Below are positions 43,032 through 51,215 of a stretch of DNA of 64,000 nucleotides, piece by piece. Position 1 is the stretch's first letter, and each line of letters opens with the position of its first letter. Source of the DNA: a virus; IMG/VR virus record IMGVR_UViG_3300045988_166055, positions 79,505-143,504 of that record; one strand, written 5' to 3'. The notes below the pieces were generated by a model. It was not told where the DNA came from, searched no databases, and saw nothing but the letters and a program-made list of their open reading frames with translations. The translations under genes were made by a program, and so were the position numbers.

Positions 43032-43064
43032 TTGCCACAATTTATTAGATTGTGTGGATTGAAA
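43032..43064 (+). repeat. post-tRNA box, copy 2
   Basis: TTGCCACAATTTATTAGATTGTGTGGATTGAAA. Confidence 0.6.
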
Positions 43065-43123
43065 CCATCTCATCTCCTTCCTGATCCAGTTTCTGGTCTG
43101 GATAAACAAAACCGGGTAAATAT

Positions 43124-43219
43124 CCTGCCTTAGCATAACGGTAGTGCAACCGGCCTATACCCGGCATAAGGCTCTAGATTGGGGCAAGATCTCGGTTCGA
43201 ATCCGAGGGGCAGGACCAT
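43124..43219 (+). tRNA. aberrant 96-nt tRNA-like gene B (giant extra arm; loop CCTATAC; CCA encoded)
   Basis: Acceptor CCTGCCT/GGGCAGG, D-arm GCAT-AACGGTA-GTGC, and a T-arm CTCGG-TTCGAAT-CCGAG identical to gene A, with A73. The anticodon stem CCGG/CCGG carries loop CCTATAC. The variable region is 25 nt. Confidence 0.45.
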
Positions 43220-43412
43220 TAGCGCCCATACAAGCTTAAAAGTATGGTGAGGAATCAAGTTACTCAAGTTAGGTCAGCTTGACATCCAACAGTAAGGACC
43301 TACGACAGGTGAGAATGACGGATTAGTCCTTTCTTGAATAAACAGAACCTGACCCATTGGCGCCGAGGGTGAACGCTGCTTGAAGGTAAAGAAAGGCAAT
43401 AAAACTTTACAT

Positions 43413-43489
43413 GGGAGCATAGCTCAGTTGGTTAGAGCGCATGACTGTTAATCATGATGTCGAAGGTTCAAGTCCTTCTGTTCCCGCCA
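43413..43489 (+). tRNA. tRNA-Asn (anticodon GUU)
   Basis: Acceptor GGGAGCA/TGTTCCC, loop CTGTTAA, CCA. Confidence 0.9.
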
Positions 43490-44036
43490 GCGCCTATATC
43501 AGTCTAGGTCTTGAAAGGATATAGAGACCAATGAATTATCTTTTTAGAAAGGTGATTTATCTGATGAAAAGAGATCATCAACTCTCGGCGAATTAGAACT
43601 TGACGAATTTGTCTTTTGACAAAAAGAAGCAGCAGGTTCGTCTCTGCGCTTAATCTACTGAACTGCAATGTTGATGTAAGCGGTAATTAGGTTCCCAAAC
43701 CAATTCAGGGAGATTAAGAAAAAGTTTGCTTATTTAGTAGAAAGAGGGTTGGAGGGGCACAGCAAGTAGAATAAAAGGACCTATCCAGAATGCCAGGATT
43801 GACACCATAAAATGCTGTCAATGAGAGCATCAGTATTAGACCACGGTGAAGCGATGTGATGATGATAGGAATTGGGACTATCTAATCTCATCTAATGCCG
43901 ATATACATCTGGTTGTGTAGGTAGGCAACAAATTTGAAAGCTATAACAGGATGTGCTAAGGAGTAGAAGTAATAACCTCTGTCTACTGTGTATTTCTGCT
44001 AAATAAGTTCAACTTTTTTATTAAGGGGTTTGAAAA
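43490..44036 (+). ncRNA. ORF-free structured spacer (about 550 nt), second candidate large ncRNA
   Basis: No ORF of 60 aa or more on either strand in the track. Interleaved helices 43494-500/43518-24 and 43507-11/43525-29 give pseudoknot topology. Hairpins lie at 43608-13/43618-23 and 43798-804/43816-22. Confidence 0.35.
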
Positions 44037-44252
44037 ATGAAAACAATCACTTTTATCTGTTATGATAAATATCCAAAAACAACAAAAAGGTCTCACATTT
44101 TTAAGAAGCGTTTTTCTTCGTTAGCAGATGTTGCTAAATTCTTGAAAGTTTCAAATAAAATCTATTTGCAAAATCCGATGAACGAATTTTCAAAAGACGA
44201 ACTAAGAATTCTTTCAATGAAAGTTCGATCGTTAAATAAAATGAAGGTGTAG
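44037..44252 (+). CDS. hypothetical small basic protein
   Basis: 71 aa with a GGGG RBS-like stretch upstream. Its 3' end overlaps tRNA-Lys by 10 nt. Confidence 0.35.
   Translation: MKTITFICYDKYPKTTKRSHIFKKRFSSLADVAKFLKVSNKIYLQNPMNEFSKDELRILSMKVRSLNKMKV
44226..44246 (+). promoter_or_regulatory. degenerate class-1-like box
   Basis: CGATCGTTAAATAAAATGAAG matches the 41391 box at 17 of 21 positions. It runs into tRNA-Lys, so function is doubtful. Confidence 0.25.
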
Positions 44253-44318
44253 CTCAGTCGGTAGAGCACCTGCCTTTTAAGCAGGGTGTCGGGAGTTCGA
44301 ATCTCCTCACCTTCACCA
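44243..44318 (+). tRNA. tRNA-Lys (anticodon UUU)
   Basis: Acceptor GAAGGTG/CACCTTC, loop CTTTTAA, CCA. Confidence 0.9.
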
Positions 44319-44324
44319 AAATAT

Positions 44325-44409
44325 GCACCTGTGGTGGAACTGGCAGACACGCTTGACTTAGGATCAAGTGCCTTCAGGTTTAAGGGTTCGAGTCCCTTCA
44401 GGTGCACCA
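44325..44409 (+). tRNA. tRNA-Leu (anticodon UAG)
   Basis: Acceptor GCACCTG/CAGGTGC, loop CTTAGGA, long variable arm, A73, CCA. Confidence 0.9.
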
Positions 44410-44414
44410 TATAT

Positions 44415-44491
44415 GGAGGATTAGCTCAGCTGGTTAGAGCGCTTGCTTTACACGCAAGAAGTCGCAAGTTCGAATCTTGCATTCTCCACCA
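44415..44491 (+). tRNA. tRNA-Val (anticodon UAC)
   Basis: Acceptor GGAGGAT/ATTCTCC, loop TTTACAC, CCA. Confidence 0.9.
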
Positions 44492-44497
44492 TTATTT

Positions 44498-44574
44498 GGC
44501 CAAGTAGTTCAGTTGGTTAGAACGCCAGCCTGTCACGCTGGAGGTCACGGGTTCGAACCCCGTCTTGGTCGCCA
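44498..44574 (+). tRNA. tRNA-Asp (anticodon GUC)
   Basis: Acceptor GGCCAAG/CTTGGTC, loop CTGTCAC, CCA. Confidence 0.9.
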
Positions 44575-44740
44575 TTGTTGGTTTTACTATTTTATCAATG
44601 TCAGAACGGGGCGAGTCCGTTCAAGTCGCTCAAATCGGGTTGGCCACCAGGAGAGTCAGATTAAAATGGGTTGAGGCGGAGAGTTGGAAAGCCTAGTAGC
44701 TACATTAGGCATGCATAGTGTAGCTACCTCAAAAAAATAA

Positions 44741-44815
44741 GGGTCCGTATTTCAATGGGAGAAAGCTTCCTTTGCACGGAAGAAGTTGCGTGTTCGAGTC
44801 ACGTCGGATCCACCA
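44741..44815 (+). tRNA. tRNA-Ala (anticodon UGC)
   Basis: Acceptor GGGTCCG/CGGATCC with the G3:U70 identity pair, loop TTTGCAC, CCA. Confidence 0.9.
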
Positions 44816-44936
44816 TTTGAGACTTCAGACAAGTTGGTTAGAATGTCTGATTAAACGACATACAATGAGACGATACCAAGACTTTAGTTCGTTACAGAGC
44901 GGTGACTGAATGTCAAATCCCTTATGTCATTTATCT

Positions 44937-45013
44937 GGGCCTTTAGCTCAGTTGGTTAGAGCATCCGGCTCATAACCGGATCGTCCCGGGTTCGAATCCC
45001 CGAAGGCCCACCA
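44937..45013 (+). tRNA. tRNA with anticodon CAU (elongator Met or lysidine-Ile2)
   Basis: Acceptor GGGCCTT/AAGGCCC has 1:72 paired, so it is not an initiator. Loop CTCATAA, CCA. Confidence 0.85.
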
Positions 45014-45168
45014 TAATTGGTACAACACGACTGTAACGGCTCCCGCGGTTTAGAGTTGTATCCCGTTTCTTAGTTGAAGCGTGTAGTGTCAAGAGAGCCT
45101 ACCAGACGAGCCATATGGGCACCACCTAGCGGTGAAAAGATATGTGGGACGATCGTCAATTATTATAT

Positions 45169-45245
45169 GCCTCAGTAGCTCAGTTGGATAGAGCAACTTC
45201 CTTCTAAGCAGTAGGCCACAGGTTCAAGTCCTGTTTGAGGTGCCA
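45169..45245 (+). tRNA. tRNA-Arg (anticodon UCU)
   Basis: Acceptor GCCTCAG/TTGAGGT (two G-U pairs), loop CTTCTAA, CCA. Confidence 0.8.
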
Positions 45246-45319
45246 GAAAGCACATTAAATAACGTGGAATAAAACTGGAGGTTGTGATGGGACGTTGAGC
45301 CTCCTTTACAAAACAATAA

Positions 45320-45388
45320 GATGCTTTACGCCAGTTGGTAGACGACTCTTGTACAGAGAAGACGCTGGTTCGAATACAGCAAGCATCA
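45320..45388 (+). pseudogene. degenerate tRNA-like element (shortened anticodon arm; no CCA)
   Basis: Acceptor GATGCTT/AAGCATC, D-loop AGTTGGTA, T-loop TTCGAAT. Only 19 nt lie between the D and T arms (CTCT-TGTAC-AGAG). Confidence 0.35.
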
Positions 45389-45594
45389 AAAGCTGCTCTG
45401 ATTGGGTCCGTGCTTGATACTAAGTTGCAGGAACATAAAGGCCTGCACGCTAATCTTCATCACCCAAAGAAGAAAAAGGACAGCAGTAAAAAATCTGTCA
45501 AAGATCAGATAAGACAGAAACTGCATCGAGCAAGTAGAGATAGCGCTGTCTTGAAAGCTCAAAAATATCCTATCTGCAGTAGGATATTAAATCT

Positions 45595-45620
45595 AGCCCT
45601 CCGTGACAACACGGAGGGCT
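45595..45620 (+). terminator. strong hairpin without U-tract
   Basis: AGCCCTCCGTG-ACAA-CACGGAGGGCT, immediately upstream of a class-1 box. Confidence 0.4.
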
Positions 45621-45627
45621 TCACTAT

Positions 45628-45646
45628 GAATCGTTATAGTACATAT
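45628..45646 (+). promoter_or_regulatory. class-1 promoter-like box
   Basis: GAATCGTTATAGTACATAT. Confidence 0.5.
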
Positions 45647-45669
45647 ATCGATACAGGAGTGATATCAAT

Positions 45670-45849
45670 ATGGATCAAAAGGAATCAACTATTCAGAATA
45701 ACATAAGGACACAATCAAAACTCATACAAGACTACATAGAAAAAGTAAGACAGCAAAAGAAAGAAATTGAAATGCTTCAATCCGAAATAGATAGGCTTAC
45801 CTTTATCATTCAAGACTATCAATGTATGATGATTGTTAATAAGAGGTGA
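45670..45849 (+). CDS. small coiled-coil protein (59 aa), not in the ORF track
   Basis: ATG lies 8 nt after GGAGTG. Translation begins MDQKESTIQNNIRTQSKLIQDYIEKVRQQKKEIEMLQSEIDRL... Confidence 0.45.
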   Translation: MDQKESTIQNNIRTQSKLIQDYIEKVRQQKKEIEMLQSEIDRLTFIIQDYQCMMIVNKR

Positions 45850-45854
45850 AATAA

Positions 45855-47771
45855 ATGAGTTTCAATGCACTTGAAAAGAAAATAAAGGAGAATGCGCAGA
45901 AATACTATACAGATGGGTCTCAGTCAATGACAGACTCAGAATTTGATTCTGCAGTAAGCGAACTTAAAAAGTCAAAACCCAATTCAGAATTATTTACAAC
46001 AGGTTGGGGATATGATCCAAATGAAAACAATTCCGGAAAGAAGTTCAAACATAGATACGGACTAGTTGGATCATTAGATAAAGTTCATAATTGGGACGAA
46101 CTGCAGAAAGATCTTAGAGACAGAGAAATAATTGCATCATTGAAGCTTGATGGACTAAGCGTAGTTCTATATTATGTTGACGGCAAACTTGATCAAGCTC
46201 TTACTCGCGGCGACGGAAAAATTGGAATTGACATCACTGACAAGGTCTTGTTCATCAATTCTAGACTGAAGCAAATTGATAAGACATTTACAGGAGGCGT
46301 TAGAGGAGAAATCTTGATGTCCTTCCCCGCGTTTGAAAACTATGCTAAAGATCATGAAGACGCGAAGAATCCTAGAAATACTACTGCGGGTCTTATAAAT
46401 GCAAAAGAAATTTCAACAGATCTAAGACTTCTAGACATTGTTTTCTACAAAGTAGTTGGATGTAATGAAGACAGATTCGATGACTATGTTGATATGCTGA
46501 ACTACATTGAATCTCAGTTCTATCCTTATGTTGTAGATTATGAGAATGTTTCTCTAATGGAGAACGCAATCATGTACAGAATGAATGATCTAAGATCAGT
46601 ATGGTATGGCCACTACCCTGCAGATGGAATTGTGCTTGCAAGAAATGATCTAGGTAGACTTACTACAAATGAAACTGGAAATATGAATAGCGATGAAACA
46701 AACGAAACAATCTATACATTTGTTTCACAAGCATTCAAATTTCCTGCTGAAACAAAGGAAGCAAAAGTAGAATGTGTTGAATGGTCTTTGAGTAAAACAA
46801 AATACCTCATTCCAAAAGTGAAGATTGAACCTACTCAGCTTTCAGGAACAACTGTTCAGTATACGGCAGGATTCAATGCTGATTACATTATGAATAGCAA
46901 GATAGGTCCAGGAGCGGTAGTTGAAATATGCAAGTCAGGAGAAATAATCCCTGATATTCAAAGTGTTGTCAAAACTTCCGATGAAGTTAAGATGCCTACA
47001 ATTTGCCCTTTCTGCGGAGAATATCTTGAATGGAAAGGTGTACACCTATTCTGCCCTAACAATGATTGCAGACATTTTAAGATGACTGATTTGCTTATTT
47101 GGTGTTCAAAACTTGTTCCAATTGATGGACTTGGAGATAAAATAAGAGAAAAATTCTTCACAGAAATTTATGGAGAAGAATACTGCACTGTCGATCAAAT
47201 AATGAAATATCCTGTATTGACCCGTGCAAAGGTACCTGACATTGACAAAGGAAAGCAATATCAACTATTTAGAGATTCTATACTAGCGCTTTTCAGAAAT
47301 AAATTTAACATCGTTACTGTTCTTGAAGCTCTTAATATTCCAAGACTTGGACATGAAACAGCAAAGAAACTGTCTAAGTATCCAGATTTTATCAAGAAAC
47401 TTGCAAACAATGATGAAAATACCTTCATAAACCTTCATTCATTCATTGGAAATGCAAACGCAGATTCTATCAATGAGCATAGAGAAAAGTTCATGCGTAT
47501 CAATTTCCTGTTAGATAGAGATGGAATTGATTGGAATGTGACAGAATCTTCTAATATAAGAGTTGCAATAACAGGTAAACTATCATGTAAGCGAGCGGAT
47601 TTTGAGAAAGAGCTTGAATCAATTGGAATCTCAGTTGGTTCAATAAATAATGAAACAAAATACTTGATTACTGATGACCCTAATAGTTCTTCAGAAAAGA
47701 ATAGAAAGGCAGACAAATTAGGAATTAAAAAGATAACAGAGGCAGAATTTAGAAAAATTTTCAGAATTTAA
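45855..47771 (+). CDS. ligA: NAD-dependent DNA ligase
   Basis: Adenylation motif SLKLDGLS, zinc finger CPFCGEYLEWKGVHLFCPNNDC, an HhH region, and a C-terminal BRCT-like VAITGKLS...KYLITDD. Confidence 0.85.
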   Translation: MSFNALEKKIKENAQKYYTDGSQSMTDSEFDSAVSELKKSKPNSELFTTGWGYDPNENNSGKKFKHRYGLVGSLDKVHNWDELQKDLRDREIIASLKLDGLSVVLYYVDGKLDQALTRGDGKIGIDITDKVLFINSRLKQIDKTFTGGVRGEILMSFPAFENYAKDHEDAKNPRNTTAGLINAKEISTDLRLLDIVFYKVVGCNEDRFDDYVDMLNYIESQFYPYVVDYENVSLMENAIMYRMNDLRSVWYGHYPADGIVLARNDLGRLTTNETGNMNSDETNETIYTFVSQAFKFPAETKEAKVECVEWSLSKTKYLIPKVKIEPTQLSGTTVQYTAGFNADYIMNSKIGPGAVVEICKSGEIIPDIQSVVKTSDEVKMPTICPFCGEYLEWKGVHLFCPNNDCRHFKMTDLLIWCSKLVPIDGLGDKIREKFFTEIYGEEYCTVDQIMKYPVLTRAKVPDIDKGKQYQLFRDSILALFRNKFNIVTVLEALNIPRLGHETAKKLSKYPDFIKKLANNDENTFINLHSFIGNANADSINEHREKFMRINFLLDRDGIDWNVTESSNIRVAITGKLSCKRADFEKELESIGISVGSINNETKYLITDDPNSSSEKNRKADKLGIKKITEAEFRKIFRI

Positions 47772-47784
47772 GGAGGATTATTTA

Positions 47785-48726
47785 ATGGAACTTATTGAGC
47801 CTAATGTAGAAATGATTACGGAAAGAGATATCTACAAACGAATTGAACTTGCGGGGAGAACCTGCTATAAGTCAGAAGACAAAATTAAAGAAGACTCAGC
47901 AAAAAAGTTTGTTAAAGCTATGATTAAGAGTAATCATACTGCTATGCTGGAGCATGCGTCACTGGTATTTCAAGTAGATTCATATTTTGTTTGGGAAAAA
48001 ATTAAGAGATGTAATAGAAGATATCTGAATCTAACTGAATGCTACGTTCCTACAGGATACAACAACCAAGAAAGACGGCTTCTTGTTTCAGGTAACATTC
48101 GAGCTATCAACGAATCCGAAAATCCTTTTCTGCTTAAAGCTATGGTAAATGCAGGATACGGTGACGCAGTATATGGTGACCCTACAGTAGAAAAGGATAG
48201 GGAATACGATGTAGATGCTAGAGTTGTCAATCTCATTGATCTTGAAAATATTCAGAGAGAAGAGATCTTGAATCACTACTATCCTTCTTTCAGATTAATT
48301 ACAGATAGGGCAGTAACTCATGAGATGGTTCGTCATCGTCCCGCAAGTTTTGCTCAAGAATCTCAGAGATATGTAAACTATGAAAAGAAAGGTGGAGTTC
48401 AGTTCATTAAACCTTATTGGTTTGATTCAGCATCTGCTACTGAAAAGATTTCGTTCAAATTTTCTTTGCAGAATTCTGAAGGAATTTACAAGGAGCTAGT
48501 TGAATCCGGTCTGAAGCCGCAGGAAGCAAGAGGAGTTCTTCCTAATGCTACAAAGACAGAAATTGTTATGACAGCTCCCATGTATGAGTGGCAGCATTTT
48601 CTTAATCTTAGATTTTTTGGAACAACTGGAACACCTCATCCTGATATGAAGAACATTGCAAGATACATCTATAACTATCTGAAAGATGATGAACTTGTAA
48701 ATAAATATGGAACAATTGTCCTATAA
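47785..48726 (+). CDS. thyX: flavin-dependent thymidylate synthase
   Basis: ThyX signature HEMVRHRPASFAQESQRYV (RHR..S....S.RY). Confidence 0.85.
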   Translation: MELIEPNVEMITERDIYKRIELAGRTCYKSEDKIKEDSAKKFVKAMIKSNHTAMLEHASLVFQVDSYFVWEKIKRCNRRYLNLTECYVPTGYNNQERRLLVSGNIRAINESENPFLLKAMVNAGYGDAVYGDPTVEKDREYDVDARVVNLIDLENIQREEILNHYYPSFRLITDRAVTHEMVRHRPASFAQESQRYVNYEKKGGVQFIKPYWFDSASATEKISFKFSLQNSEGIYKELVESGLKPQEARGVLPNATKTEIVMTAPMYEWQHFLNLRFFGTTGTPHPDMKNIARYIYNYLKDDELVNKYGTIVL

Positions 48727-48759
48727 TTACAACTAAATTGTAAACAGAAATCACCTTCT

Positions 48760-48777
48760 GAACCTTGTATACATCCG
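48760..48777 (+). promoter_or_regulatory. class-2 promoter-like box
   Basis: GAACCTTGTATACATCCG. Confidence 0.5.
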
Positions 48778-48800
48778 AACCAGGTCAGGAGGTGATTTCT

Positions 48801-49034
48801 ATGTGTAACAATTGTTTTCTTGAAATTCCGGATACATGTATGAAAATTTTTGAAGGATCAAAAGTTCGATTAGGTAGATTTGAAACTCAAGTTTGGGTTT
48901 TACATCATGGATGGTATACATGTAATGGAAATAGACCACACTGTGGGTGGTATTTTGTTAACTTAGATAATCCTTCAATGATAAAACCTGTATCATTGCC
49001 TGATTTATACGATATATATTTAGTAGAAAACTAA
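48801..49034 (+). CDS. small GW(Y/F)-motif protein
   Basis: ATG follows AGGAGGTG. G..V.L.RF.TQVWVLHHGWYT..G....GWYF matches the N-domain of the next gene. Confidence 0.5.
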   Translation: MCNNCFLEIPDTCMKIFEGSKVRLGRFETQVWVLHHGWYTCNGNRPHCGWYFVNLDNPSMIKPVSLPDLYDIYLVEN

Positions 49035-49055
49035 ACCTTGAAAGGGGTGAACGAA

Positions 49056-49676
49056 TTGAACTACATTTCCGTTCCTGGTACCGGAACAAAACTTTTTGAT
49101 GGTACAGTAGTTGCGTTAGCAAAATATCCAGGAACAAAATGGATTGTTCGACAAGGATGGTTCTCTTACCAAGGACAACAACGAAATGGATGGTATTTCT
49201 GTTCAATTTCTACTCAGACGACGATACCTGTTAGCAACGAAGACCTTTTGACGGTGACGGTTATTTCATCTGACGGATGCGGATGTTGTCCCCCTACTCC
49301 ATGCCCTCCGACACCATTTCCTCCTGGTCCGCCACCAATGGGCAATCCATTCAGCGATAAGGATAAGTTCCAAGTAGATAGATCATTTATATCTGTTGAC
49401 ACAATTGCTGAACGTGATTATCTTCTTCAAAACCAGCTTATTCCAGATGGTAAAATTGTCAAAGTTAATCAGACAAAGCAAGGTAAAATGTATTTCACCT
49501 GGAATCAGGTTCTTTCTCAATGGGAGGAAGAAACCTTTGGTATTAACACAGATAAATTCGTAACCAATGAAGGGCTTGAAACAAAGATTACTGAAACAAT
49601 TAAGTCAAGCGACGAAGTTAAGACAGTAATAAAAGAAGTCTCTCAAGCAGATATTCAATGGAATCAATTAAATTAA
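49056..49676 (+). CDS. paralogous GW(Y/F)-domain protein with a Cys/Pro-rich linker
   Basis: GT.V.LAKYPGTKWIVRQGWFS..G....GWYF, then CGCCPPTPCPPTPFPPGPPP. The start is TTG 49056, or 49038. Confidence 0.5.
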   Translation: MNYISVPGTGTKLFDGTVVALAKYPGTKWIVRQGWFSYQGQQRNGWYFCSISTQTTIPVSNEDLLTVTVISSDGCGCCPPTPCPPTPFPPGPPPMGNPFSDKDKFQVDRSFISVDTIAERDYLLQNQLIPDGKIVKVNQTKQGKMYFTWNQVLSQWEEETFGINTDKFVTNEGLETKITETIKSSDEVKTVIKEVSQADIQWNQLN

Positions 49677-49690
49677 GGAGTGAAGAATAA

Positions 49691-51190
49691 ATGGCCAAAG
49701 TTCTATTTAGTTATGGCATAAAAGCTAACTATCTAGCTCTATCTGCCAAGGATGAAAATACACTGTATTTCATCACAGACAGCCAGGAAATCTTCAAAGG
49801 TAATCATCTAGTAGCAGATAAAACAAAGCTGAATGTTTCCTTTTTGGACGCTATTCCTACTGCTGAAACGTCTGTTCCTAACGTCCTTTATGTAGCTACC
49901 GTTGGCGGTAAGACTACAATGTGGATCAAGGACGGCGATTCAATTGTTCAGACAGGCGGTGGAGAAGCTACTGAAATTGCCGACGGCGTAATCACTATTA
50001 GTAAGTTCGCTGACGGAACAGTTGCTAAGACTCTTGATGCCGCATCTGATACTACTATTCCTACTTCTAAAGCAGTTGCAGATGCTATTGCAAATGCTGT
50101 CAAGGGGCTTGACGGTGCTTTTGTTGATGTATCGGCTGAAGCTGCTCCAGAGGGAAGCACAGGAACAGTTATTAAGTTTACCGCTAAAGACGGATCTGCT
50201 AAACAAGTAACTGTTGCAGATATCTTCCTTGCAAGCGCAACTTATGACAATGCTACTCATAAGCTGAAGCTTACTCTAAATGACGAAGCTTCTTCTATTG
50301 TAGAAGTAGATCTTTCAGATATAATTGGAAATTCTCTTTCTGATGTAATTGTAGGACAGGATGAAGAATTCACAGTAGAACTAGGACCAGGAGGCACTCT
50401 TGGTGGATTCAAGACAGGCGACAAAGTATCAACGGATATGACAGCTGAAAATATTGTCAAGAAGCTTCTTATGAAGCAAGTACCTCCTACTTATACACAG
50501 CCCTCTGTTTCTATTTCAAACAACGGCGGTTCTTCCGCTGGTGAATATGAGATTGGTTCTACTGTAACTCCTAAGCTTAGAGCTACATTTACAAAGAATG
50601 ATGCAGGCGATCTTACTTCTATTCAGTTTAAGAAAGCCGGAACAGATGTTGGCGATGCAGCAACCGCTTCTCCTGCTGATTACACAGAAGCTGCATTTAA
50701 TCTTAGCTCTGCTGTTTCTTATTTTGCAACTGTTTCTTATGGAGAAGGCGCAATTAAGAAAGATAACCTGGGAGACGATTATCCAACAGGTCACATCGAA
50801 GCAGGCTCTAAGAATACAAGTAACTTTACATTTACTCCTTACCGTCAAGGTTACTTCTGCGGTTATACAGTTGACACCGCTACGCTTACTTCTGACGGTA
50901 TCAGAAACCTTCAGCAGAATAAGGGTGGAGCTTATTCAGCAGGTACTGTAAAAGTAACTGTAAAGGCAGGAGCAAAACGAGTTGTAATTGCTGCCCCTCT
51001 TGCAAATAAGGGAATTACAAAGGTTCTGAACGAATCCGCGCTAAATGCTGATGTTACTTCTACCTTTGTTAAATCTACTGTTGATGTTGAAGGCGCAAAC
51101 AACTACGAAGCTGCTACTTACAATGTTTGGACGTTCATCCCAGATGTAGCTTATGGCCAGGATGCTATCCTTGCTGTAACATTCGGTTAA
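49691..51190 (+). CDS. tail fibre / receptor-binding protein paralogue 1
   Basis: N-terminal YG.KANYLALSAKDENTLYFITDSQEIFKG module, A/T/G/S-rich beta-type sequence, higher GC. Confidence 0.55.
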   Translation: MAKVLFSYGIKANYLALSAKDENTLYFITDSQEIFKGNHLVADKTKLNVSFLDAIPTAETSVPNVLYVATVGGKTTMWIKDGDSIVQTGGGEATEIADGVITISKFADGTVAKTLDAASDTTIPTSKAVADAIANAVKGLDGAFVDVSAEAAPEGSTGTVIKFTAKDGSAKQVTVADIFLASATYDNATHKLKLTLNDEASSIVEVDLSDIIGNSLSDVIVGQDEEFTVELGPGGTLGGFKTGDKVSTDMTAENIVKKLLMKQVPPTYTQPSVSISNNGGSSAGEYEIGSTVTPKLRATFTKNDAGDLTSIQFKKAGTDVGDAATASPADYTEAAFNLSSAVSYFATVSYGEGAIKKDNLGDDYPTGHIEAGSKNTSNFTFTPYRQGYFCGYTVDTATLTSDGIRNLQQNKGGAYSAGTVKVTVKAGAKRVVIAAPLANKGITKVLNESALNADVTSTFVKSTVDVEGANNYEAATYNVWTFIPDVAYGQDAILAVTFG

Positions 51191-51215
51191 TCTAAGAAAG
51201 GAGTGAAATTGAATT

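Noticed and set aside
44819-44936. tRNA 5'-half-like sequence (GAGACTT-CA-GACA-AGTTGGTTAGA-ATGTC) between tRNA-Ala and the CAU tRNA
   Set aside because: No anticodon stem, T-arm or complementary 3' acceptor strand (AAGTCTC) follows. It is probably a decayed tRNA remnant and is not reported as a gene.
41477-45706. ORF-track entries in the RNA island (41477-41698, 41357-41608 -, 42142-42339 -, 42631-42822, 44162-44410 -, 44286-44507, 44477-44674, 45335-45706)
   Set aside because: Most run through tRNA genes or the tRNA-like element at 45320, and the others lie in structured spacer. None has a Shine-Dalgarno sequence, and the translations are Arg/Ser/Gly-rich as expected from reading tRNA sequence.
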